From an uncultured virus (IMG/VR IMGVR_UViG_3300033149_002227) (taxonomy: Duplodnaviria; Heunggongvirae; Uroviricota; Caudoviricetes), in the IMG/VR virus record IMGVR_UViG_3300033149_002227, positions 54,826 through 74,825 of that record: a stretch of 20,000 bases of DNA; one strand, given 5' to 3'. Shown here one piece after another: positions 9,051 to 16,086 of this stretch. The translations under genes and the position numbers were made by a program. Each line of letters starts with the position of its first letter. The first letter of the stretch is position 1. The notes under the pieces were generated by a model. The model ran no database searches and had not been told where the DNA came from. It was given only the letters and a program-made list of their open reading frames with translations.

Positions 9051-11090
9051 TTAGGCATTTGCCAGAATACCAAAACAAACACGAGCCAATGTAGAACCCG
9101 TATCAGGGGTGGTGTATGTCATTATGAGTTCATCACCTGCGCTAAGGACTAGTGGACCGAGAGCCGCCACGACACCAGTAAGTGATCCGATGGCGAATGT
9201 TATCGTTCCTATTGACGTACCGGGAGCAGTACCACCGGGTGATGCAACATGGAGATCGAATGTCGCCGGAGAAACCGAGGCCGTTGTCAGGGCATCACAA
9301 TAAGCAAAATGTCCACCGGTTCCCAAAGTAATAGTTCGTGGAATCGCCCAACGATGCACGTTTAGACCGGGAGTGGCAGCTACGAGCGAACTTCCCAAAT
9401 ATGCATTCAGATCATATGGGTGTAGTGCGGCAGCAATTTCGGTATCAACATAATTCATGGTGGCAGCGTCTTGCGCTATTACGGGATCAAGTACGTTACC
9501 GATTGCAAAGGCACCAGCGTTGATAGCACCAGTCATGGTACCACCAGCCAGTGCTAGGAATGGACCAATAGCAGCAATTCCATCATCAACGTATTTCTTG
9601 TTCGGCATATCATTATTAGCCAGAACCAGAGCTTCGTAAGATGCCGTTGATGTGGACAATGTACCATCGTCCTCAACCGTGAATCGTGTTGCACCACCAG
9701 TAGCCATGTTGATAGCACCATGAGGGCTACCTGTACCAGCCGTCAGAGTGATATCGCCAGCAGGAACACCAGTAGCATTGGCAGTAGATATATTGAAGGC
9801 ACCAGAGCCACCAGCACCAGAACCAGTGATCGCACTGATATCACCACCAAATTCTCCACCGCCACCACCGCCGTCACCTGCGATAATAGCCAAATCACCA
9901 CCATCACCAGACCCACTACCAGCACCGGATGTAATGGTTAAGGCACCACCAACATCACCATTACCACCAGCACCAGCATTCAAAAGCAATGCACCACCTA
10001 CGCCGGATGTTGTGCCACCGGCACCAGCGGTTACATCGATAGCACCACCAGCGGCTATGCCAAGTGAATCACCAGCAGTAATGTTAACATCACCACCAAC
10101 ACCACTCAGTTGCGGCACGCCACCGAGGATGTTAACATCACCACCATCACCAGTACCAGTACCACCAGCACCACCACTAATAGAGACAGTACCACCAGTA
10201 CCAGCCGAAGCATCACCTTCACCACCGGTTACGGAAATTGCACCACCAGAGTTTGCCGCACCAACACCAGCACCCGCGACTAAGCTAATAGGAGCACCAT
10301 CCGCAGCAACCGATGCCCCGGTAATAATATTGATCTCGCCGCCAATCCCTGATGTGGAAGCACCACCAATTAAGTTTATAGCCCCACCAGTATTTGTGGC
10401 ACCAAGACCAGCCGTAATCGTTACATCACTACCGGGGTTGCCACCGCCAGAATCACCAGCCGAGATAAAAACAGGTCCACCAATACCAGCGGTACCATTA
10501 CCAGCAGCAAACAGTAGACTACCACCGTTACCGAAGGAAGCACCACCTGCACCAGCGATTATATTAATAGGACCACCAGTAGTGTTAGTTCCGCCACCAC
10601 CAGTTGTGATATTGATAGCACCACCAGCGAAGGCTGCATCACCTGCACCAGTTGTTACCGTGAATCCGACACCAGCGTTCGAGGAAGCACCGGAGGGGGT
10701 TGTGATTCCGAATCCACTCGTTGACCAGTTAAGTACCGAAGCAGGCATGGTATAGGTGCCAGAATTATCACCCATTGTGAATGCGATAATGTTATCATCG
10801 ACACCCGTGAAATTTTCAACGTAGATTTCGGTGTTGAGGTCGCCGTCTTCTAGTTTGGACAGGGTAACACCAGCAAGAGTAGCCAAGATAGCCCATACAC
10901 CATTATACGCTTCAAAGTCGCCGAGGTCGGTGTTGAACCGCATCATGCCGTTGGCTGGTGAAGCAGGGCGTTCAGACGTGTCGCCGACTGGGATAAGTGT
11001 AGCAGTGGTTCCGGGCAAATCTACGAGGGTTTCACCCGACGCGTAAATGGTAGGCCAGAGTGTATCTTTCCAATGGTCTTGTTGTGTCAT
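9051..11090 (-). CDS. Gly-rich tail fibre/virion structural protein (paralogue A)
   Basis: N-terminal ~350 aa closely similar to 7092-8996; fibre-type NKKYVD, GGTMTG and DAATMNYVD motifs; distinct C-terminus. Confidence 0.8.
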   Translation of the reverse strand: MTQQDHWKDTLWPTIYASGETLVDLPGTTATLIPVGDTSERPASPANGMMRFNTDLGDFEAYNGVWAILATLAGVTLSKLEDGDLNTEIYVENFTGVDDNIIAFTMGDNSGTYTMPASVLNWSTSGFGITTPSGASSNAGVGFTVTTGAGDAAFAGGAINITTGGGGTNTTGGPINIIAGAGGASFGNGGSLLFAAGNGTAGIGGPVFISAGDSGGGNPGSDVTITAGLGATNTGGAINLIGGASTSGIGGEINIITGASVAADGAPISLVAGAGVGAANSGGAISVTGGEGDASAGTGGTVSISGGAGGTGTGDGGDVNILGGVPQLSGVGGDVNITAGDSLGIAAGGAIDVTAGAGGTTSGVGGALLLNAGAGGNGDVGGALTITSGAGSGSGDGGDLAIIAGDGGGGGGEFGGDISAITGSGAGGSGAFNISTANATGVPAGDITLTAGTGSPHGAINMATGGATRFTVEDDGTLSTSTASYEALVLANNDMPNKKYVDDGIAAIGPFLALAGGTMTGAINAGAFAIGNVLDPVIAQDAATMNYVDTEIAAALHPYDLNAYLGSSLVAATPGLNVHRWAIPRTITLGTGGHFAYCDALTTASVSPATFDLHVASPGGTAPGTSIGTITFAIGSLTGVVAALGPLVLSAGDELIMTYTTPDTGSTLARVCFGILANA

Positions 11091-11129
11091 GGTCCGTTCC
11101 TGTCAATGTACTACTTATTTACGCGATAC

Positions 11130-11160
11130 TTGACACCAAACGGGATTGGGTATATAAATA
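11130..11160 (+). promoter_or_regulatory. Promoter of the tmRNA gene (sigma70-like, overlapping TATAAATA)
   Basis: TTGACA (11130-11135), 17 nt spacer, TATAAA(TA) (11153-11160). Predicted start near 11165 matches the first paired base of the acceptor piece. Confidence 0.7.
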
Positions 11161-11164
11161 AGAT

Positions 11165-11440
11165 TACAGTTGCTTGAGCGAACCTTGGACGCTCTGCGGA
11201 CGCGGGTTCGAATCCCGCCACCTCCACCACTATGGGGGTGCACCGGTTTCGACGTGGTGATGAAAGACAAGTAGTGAGACTGTCGGGTAAGATATCCCCG
11301 AAAAGATTCAATTAAACTATCAGCAAACGATAGCTTCTATGATGGAGAGTACGCTCTCGCTGCGTAAGCAGGAGGCAGATTCTCAAGCGGTCTAAACAAC
11401 CGACACATCCGAGGTGTAATGAGCCTTGTTACCAAAGTAC
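11165..11440 (+). ncRNA. ssrA: Circularly permuted (two-piece) tmRNA; outer ends approximate
   Basis: T-arm GCGGG-TTCGAAT-CCCGC (11202-11218) and CACCTCC-A-CCA (11219-11229) precede GGGGGTG (11234-11240). These form a 7-bp acceptor stem with G3:U70. GGTTTCGAC motif follows; tag ORF 11323-11367 encodes ANDSFYDGEYALAA*. Confidence 0.95.
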
Positions 11441-11442
11441 TA

Positions 11443-11497
11443 GAGAAGGGCAGTTGGCGTTGACCGTGAATACGGACCACTGCCCTTCTCGTTTTCT
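11443..11497 (+). terminator. Long hairpin/probable terminator after tmRNA
   Basis: GAGAAGGGCAGT (11443-11454) pairs with ACTGCCCTTCTC (11479-11490); inner CCGT-GAAT-ACGG hairpin; followed by GTTTTCT. Confidence 0.75.
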
Positions 11498-11561
11498 ACC
11501 CCTCCGAAACTCCTAAAATGATAAGTACTAATGTGAAAAAATTTACACAGGAGATTCAGTG

Positions 11562-11867
11562 ATGGCTCAAGTCAGTTATGCCACACGTAGGAAGATTCGT
11601 ATCATCGAAAAGGAACTGGGAGCCGACTGGGAAACTCAGCATGCCGGTAAATCGATTGACGCGATCTACAACATCGTTATGGGTGACTTCCGCAAAAATC
11701 TATTTTGCAAAGTAGACCCAGAGACCAAAACAAAATTAGATGAAATGGTCGAATATAATGACATGCAAATGTCATCTTTAGTTGAAAAACTCGTCCGTGA
11801 GGAGTATGATAGGTATACACATGATCGAGATGCACGTGCCGACCATCTAGCATCTCAATTTGCCTAA
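11562..11867 (+). CDS. Putative ribbon-helix-helix DNA-binding protein
   Basis: KNLFCKVDPETKTKLDEMVEYNDMQMSSLVEKLVREE fits an RHH pattern; AGGAG RBS. Confidence 0.6.
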   Translation: MAQVSYATRRKIRIIEKELGADWETQHAGKSIDAIYNIVMGDFRKNLFCKVDPETKTKLDEMVEYNDMQMSSLVEKLVREEYDRYTHDRDARADHLASQFA

Positions 11868-11891
11868 TTAATCCGATTCGGAGTTTGGCCT

Positions 11892-12131
11892 ATGAAAGAA
11901 ACAGCCCCCTGCCCATGGTGTGATGATGGAGGAAGGCCGTTTCTTTACCTTTCTCGTAAGCCGTTCATGTCATACGCTATGCAATGTAATGTTTGCTTTT
12001 CTCGCGGTCCTCATGTTATTATCAAAGAACGCGACCCCCGTCTGAAAATGAAGGACAGGGAGAAACTTGTCAAACAAGCTCAAGACGAGGCTACCGAGAA
12101 ATGGAACGAGTTATATGAGAAATCCGGCTAG
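11892..12131 (+). CDS. Lar (restriction alleviation)-like zinc-ribbon protein
   Basis: PCPWC...CNVC.SRGP...A.EKWN. Confidence 0.7.
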   Translation: MKETAPCPWCDDGGRPFLYLSRKPFMSYAMQCNVCFSRGPHVIIKERDPRLKMKDREKLVKQAQDEATEKWNELYEKSG

Positions 12132-12348
12132 AATGCACACCATCATGGGACTGTTGGCTCAGCTATGGGGAAAGAATCCCGACATGAGATTAGTTCAACT
12201 CTGCTACTACGTAGAAGCCGAAAGTGCCAAGCGTTGCGGAGCCGAACCCCGCTCTGATATTTTCTACCTTGACGATGATGACTTTCTGGAGCAACTTCAG
12301 ATTATCCTTGAGAAAGAAATCAAACCAGTTGACCCGTTCTTCATTTAA
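12115..12348 (+). CDS. Hypothetical protein, DUF1040/YihD-like
   Basis: MRNPARM..I..LL..LW.KNPDMRL.QL...DIFYLDD; ATG at 12115 preferred. Confidence 0.65.
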   Translation: MRNPARMHTIMGLLAQLWGKNPDMRLVQLCYYVEAESAKRCGAEPRSDIFYLDDDDFLEQLQIILEKEIKPVDPFFI

Positions 12349-12363
12349 GTCTATATTCCGGCA

Positions 12364-12786
12364 ATGGAACAACTAATAGATTTAATGTATCTCGACGAGC
12401 TTGACCCATCTGGGGTCATCTACCCAACCGAAGTGGTCGCTCGTGCCGTTCAAGAAATCGAGAAACGTATCAACAAGACCGACGGAATTCTCGGCGAATG
12501 CAGTATACCCGTAGGAACCGATTTCTATGCAACCCCTGATATTAGATATCAATCCATTGATATGGGTCGGGTCAGTCATATTGTTCGGCACGTATGGATA
12601 GAGAAGAACAGGCTAAAGTGCAAAGTGAAGTTGTTAGGGCAGTATGCCCAAATCCGCGAGTTAATGCCAGTCGCGTTCGAAGGAATTCCGCGAGCCATTG
12701 GTGCAATCGAGGGCAGCGGTAAGGAAAAGGTGTGTACAGAGTACACCCTTATTACGGTAGACCTAGCAATGACGGAGCTTGAATAA
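12364..12786 (+). CDS. Degenerate homologue of T4 gp21-type prohead protease
   Basis: G.IYP.EV, LGE...P, ID..RVSHIV, K.KLL and Y.LITVDL align by eye with the family. The His and Ser motifs are replaced (GECSIP, GIPRA). Confidence 0.65.
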   Translation: MEQLIDLMYLDELDPSGVIYPTEVVARAVQEIEKRINKTDGILGECSIPVGTDFYATPDIRYQSIDMGRVSHIVRHVWIEKNRLKCKVKLLGQYAQIRELMPVAFEGIPRAIGAIEGSGKEKVCTEYTLITVDLAMTELE

Positions 12787-13301
12787 TGAGTTTAATGATG
12801 AATGATAAAAATCAATTTGTATTTCCGACTGAGGTGATTAATGATCTAGAAATCCTTGCCAGAGACCGATGTGTGGTGAAACGGGATGGCGGAGTTTCTA
12901 ATCGGCGTATTGATGCCAACAGAACAGATTTTGATGTAGATTATCTGGGTGTACAAGCTGAATATTGTTTCTCTATTTTATTTGATGTTGATATGCATCA
13001 TGAGGTAGGTGCCCTGTCCGGCGACTCTGGAAAACATGATTATGTAATTGATGGAGTTACTTTCGGAGTTAAAGGTGCCTTCGCGAATGCAAAATATCTA
13101 CTTGTGCCAAAGCACCAGTACCCAGTGAGTGCGGACGTGTTGGTTATGTTCCGGCATGTCTCAAAAAGAATGATGGTTTGTCATGGATATACTACTGGTG
13201 ACAACTTCATGGAACATCACATATGGAAAGATTTAGGATATGGAAGTGATGCTGTTATGCACGTATCAAAGTTGAACCCAATCAGTGAACTTATTGATTA
13301 G
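12786..13301 (+). CDS. Hypothetical protein, possible PD-(D/E)xK nuclease-like fold
   Basis: G..AE...GD.G..D......GVK pattern; weak. Confidence 0.45.
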   Translation: MSLMMNDKNQFVFPTEVINDLEILARDRCVVKRDGGVSNRRIDANRTDFDVDYLGVQAEYCFSILFDVDMHHEVGALSGDSGKHDYVIDGVTFGVKGAFANAKYLLVPKHQYPVSADVLVMFRHVSKRMMVCHGYTTGDNFMEHHIWKDLGYGSDAVMHVSKLNPISELID

Positions 13302-13309
13302 GTGTAAAT

Positions 13310-13522
13310 ATGCCTATCTATGAATACGAATGTAAGGCTTGTGATAAGCGTTCTGAGTTTATCCAAAAGTTCGATTCCGCCCCCAAACGGAAATGCCCAC
13401 GGTGCGGCGAACTAAAACTCAAAAAGGTGATTTCCCGTAGTTCCTTTCAGTTGAAAGGGTCTGGGTGGTATGAGACCGATTTTAAGAATAAGTCTGGAGG
13501 TTCAGATAATGAAAAACACTAA
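13310..13522 (+). CDS. FmdB-family zinc-ribbon protein
   Basis: MPIYEYECKAC...CPRCG...FQLKGSGWYETDF. Confidence 0.92.
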   Translation: MPIYEYECKACDKRSEFIQKFDSAPKRKCPRCGELKLKKVISRSSFQLKGSGWYETDFKNKSGGSDNEKH

Positions 13523-13742
13523 AGATACCGTGATGAACATGATCGCGGAACAAATGGGGATGCCCGTAGACGCTATAGAAACCACCCACAGAATGGTTGA
13601 TGATTTGGGAGCAGATTCGCTTCACGTCGTCGAGCTAATCATGGGATTGGAAGAAGAGTTCGAAATCGAAGTAGATGATGATGAATTCGACAAATGCACT
13701 ACTGTCCAACAAATAATTGATTATGTGAGCCTTGACTCCTGA
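13509..13742 (+). CDS. acpP: Acyl carrier protein
   Basis: DDLGADSLHVVELIMGLEEEFEIEV...TTVQQIIDYV; GGAGG RBS before the ATG at 13509. Confidence 0.92.
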   Translation: MKNTKDTVMNMIAEQMGMPVDAIETTHRMVDDLGADSLHVVELIMGLEEEFEIEVDDDEFDKCTTVQQIIDYVSLDS

Positions 13743-13788
13743 TCAGTTAGGTTATATGTTGATAGGATAGTAATAGAGGCAAACCCTA

Positions 13789-14334
13789 ATGCGCTGGTGG
13801 ATTCCCGTATCCAAAATCTGTAAGTTCCTTTCGTGGACAACCGAAGAGGATGGTATAACACATCAACACGGTTTGTACCGGCTCATAACCGACAGGGAGA
13901 TGAGCGAGCCGTATCTACATCGGTATTATCTCCTGAGCACCAGATGGTTGAAGCACTGGTTCCCAAAACTCTCCTACCGACTAGTGTTGCACAAGTGTGT
14001 GCGATCCGATGCTGATGGTCTCCATGATCACCCATGGGCTTGGAAGTCGAAAATACTCGACGGCGGTTATTGGGAATCCATCCCACGCTTATCAGAGGCA
14101 GACCCCGATTTCGAAACCTCAAGGGAGACCGCGAGGGTGTGGCGTGATCCGAAGGATGGATGGCGCAAAGGAAGTGCACTCGCGTACCATCGGCTCGAAT
14201 TGCCCCATGAAGGTGCAGAATCATGGTCTCTATTTCTAATGGGGCCGAAGGAAAAGGATTGGGGATTTCAAGATCGCCACGGTGTTTGGGTTCAGTGGGA
14301 AGAATACATTCACAACCGGCACCTATATCTATAA
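13789..14334 (+). CDS. Phage cupin-like protein
   Basis: PYL.RY, LH...SD...HDHPW....IL.GGY.E, HRLEL, WSLF..G....WGF. Confidence 0.7.
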   Translation: MRWWIPVSKICKFLSWTTEEDGITHQHGLYRLITDREMSEPYLHRYYLLSTRWLKHWFPKLSYRLVLHKCVRSDADGLHDHPWAWKSKILDGGYWESIPRLSEADPDFETSRETARVWRDPKDGWRKGSALAYHRLELPHEGAESWSLFLMGPKEKDWGFQDRHGVWVQWEEYIHNRHLYL

Positions 14335-14576
14335 TGACCAAGATCACATTACTGCAATTGGAGGTCGTCGAGTATGAAGATGCGGCTGATCTAGAGCGGC
14401 TTATTAAATTTCATAGGGACATGCTGTCTAAGGCAATCGACGACCTGAAGAACCCGAAGACCGATGCCATTATAAGCGCCGTTGCTTATAATCTGGTACA
14501 TCTGATGCGAGAGCTACAGAAAAACAAACGGCAACGGGCTAAGCTGCTAGTACTCGACGGTGGCAAAAAAGACTAG
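14334..14576 (+). CDS. Hypothetical protein
   Basis: TAATG-coupled start at 14334; helical, amphipathic sequence. Confidence 0.6.
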   Translation: MTKITLLQLEVVEYEDAADLERLIKFHRDMLSKAIDDLKNPKTDAIISAVAYNLVHLMRELQKNKRQRAKLLVLDGGKKD

Positions 14577-14603
14577 ACAAATCCGAAAACTTTATGTTAG
14601 ACT
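14574..14603 (+). promoter_or_regulatory. Possible sigma70 promoter of the AAA/vWA operon
   Basis: TAGACA (14574-14579), 18 nt spacer, TAGACT (14598-14603) preceded by TGn; GAGG RBS before 14643. Confidence 0.45.
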
Positions 14604-14642
14604 TCTCTTACATTTTGAATCAAATTATAAGAGGATGTATAC

Positions 14643-16085
14643 ATGTCATCAGACGCTAGCGACGAAGATATTGCACGTGCCAAAGCGGAGACAGAGTTTC
14701 TAGTCACGCCTTCCCAATTATATCAAACACTGGAACACTGCCTTTCCGCAGTCACCCCAGAAGGACAACCCAAAGAACAAGCGAACGTGATGGTATGGGG
14801 TGCCATGGGTATCGGTAAGACCGATGTCTGTCGTACTCTCGGCGTGCCATGGGGCATGCGCATAGTTTCCCTCCACCTTCCACAGTACGACCCTACTGAC
14901 CTAAAAGGCATTCCGATATTTCTTGATGACAAGGGCAACACTCTTGCTGAAACGGATTCCAAAGGTAAGGTTCGCTGGATACCTTCCAGTTATCTCCCAC
15001 AATTCATCAACCGTATTATTGATGAAGAATGCACCGAAGCAACCTTCGTATTTGATTGGCCAGATGCCGAGCAAATCATGGTTCACCTTTATTCGCCTGA
15101 TGGTAAGATTATTTGCCGTGCGAATGATCAGATGCAGGGCGATCTTGGTTTGGACAAATACACGGTTGATATCGATTCCATTAAGGGAACTGTAATGGTA
15201 CGTGGTGACCTCCAGAAGGGAGCCCGAATCCACGTCATCGACAAAGCCATCATCTTCCTTGATGAGCTTTCCGCCGCCGTACCTGAAGTACAGAACGCTG
15301 CTCTCCAGTTGGTACTGGACAAGCGTGTCGGTGAATATGACGTTCCTCCTTTTACTCCGCTGATTGCCGCTGGTAATCGTGAATCGGATCAGGCTTTCGT
15401 AAGCCCGATGTCCATGCCCCTGTGTAACAGGTTCATGCACCTTCGCCTCATTCACTCTGTGGAAGACTGGATGGACTGGGCTGTCATCAAACGCATCGAT
15501 CCTTCAATCCTTGGTTACATCCAGTGGAAGAAGCATCACCTGTTTCATTTCGAGCCCGACACTATCACCGAGGGTGATTGTGGTTTCCCCACACCTCGTT
15601 CGTGGGCTAAGCTCAGTGAGCAAATGAAAGGAATGGACGGATTACCAGAGTCGATTCAGGCTGCAATCATTACTGGTTACATCGGTAAGGCTATCGGTCA
15701 GCAGTTCATCGAACACCGAAAGATAGCACATAAGCTGCCTTCTACGGACGAAATTCTTCAGGGTAAGGAACCCGATATCCCTGACGACTTGAATGTTGGA
15801 GCCAAGTACCACCTTGCCTTGGGTCTGTGCTATGCACTTGCTGATTACCATGCCAAGTACTTCGACGAAGAACTCGGTAATGATGCGGAGTTCCAATGCA
15901 AAGAATGGCAGACAGCAGCCAACTCGTTCTGCAACTTCATCCACGATAATTTAGGTAAGGAGATGACGGTACTGTGTGTACACGTTGCCTCCCGTCATTT
16001 GGATATTTCATTCGTGAAATTCCGAAGCCCTAAGTTTACAGCCTTCGCCAAGAAGTATCGGAACATCATCCGCAGGACTATCTAA
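14643..16085 (+). CDS. MoxR/dynein-related AAA+ ATPase
   Basis: Walker A GAMGIGKT, DPTDLKGIP, Walker B IIFLDE, AAGNR, L.NRF.H, TPRSW. Confidence 0.92.
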   Translation: MSSDASDEDIARAKAETEFLVTPSQLYQTLEHCLSAVTPEGQPKEQANVMVWGAMGIGKTDVCRTLGVPWGMRIVSLHLPQYDPTDLKGIPIFLDDKGNTLAETDSKGKVRWIPSSYLPQFINRIIDEECTEATFVFDWPDAEQIMVHLYSPDGKIICRANDQMQGDLGLDKYTVDIDSIKGTVMVRGDLQKGARIHVIDKAIIFLDELSAAVPEVQNAALQLVLDKRVGEYDVPPFTPLIAAGNRESDQAFVSPMSMPLCNRFMHLRLIHSVEDWMDWAVIKRIDPSILGYIQWKKHHLFHFEPDTITEGDCGFPTPRSWAKLSEQMKGMDGLPESIQAAIITGYIGKAIGQQFIEHRKIAHKLPSTDEILQGKEPDIPDDLNVGAKYHLALGLCYALADYHAKYFDEELGNDAEFQCKEWQTAANSFCNFIHDNLGKEMTVLCVHVASRHLDISFVKFRSPKFTAFAKKYRNIIRRTI

Positions 16086-16086
16086 C

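Noticed and set aside
7525..10755. Long Pro-rich plus-strand ORFs (7525-8661, 9748-10755)
   Set aside because: Antisense shadows of the GGT-rich fibre genes.
7563..11090. CRISPR array or diversity-generating retroelement suggested by the repeats
   Set aside because: The repeats are in-frame coding duplications with no spacers, no adenine-specific mismatch pattern evident, and no reverse transcriptase or cas gene in the window.
11170..11229. Possible tRNA gene or attachment-site remnant
   Set aside because: No upstream 5' acceptor strand or anticodon arm; the complementary strand lies downstream, followed by a tag ORF. No integrase in the window.
11111..11311. 66-aa minus-strand ORF containing VEVAGFEPAS
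   Set aside because: Typical antisense translation of a T-arm; it is the shadow of the tmRNA.
15000..15245. Intein in the AAA ATPase
   Set aside because: No N-terminal Cys/Ser block and no terminal HN-C/S/T.
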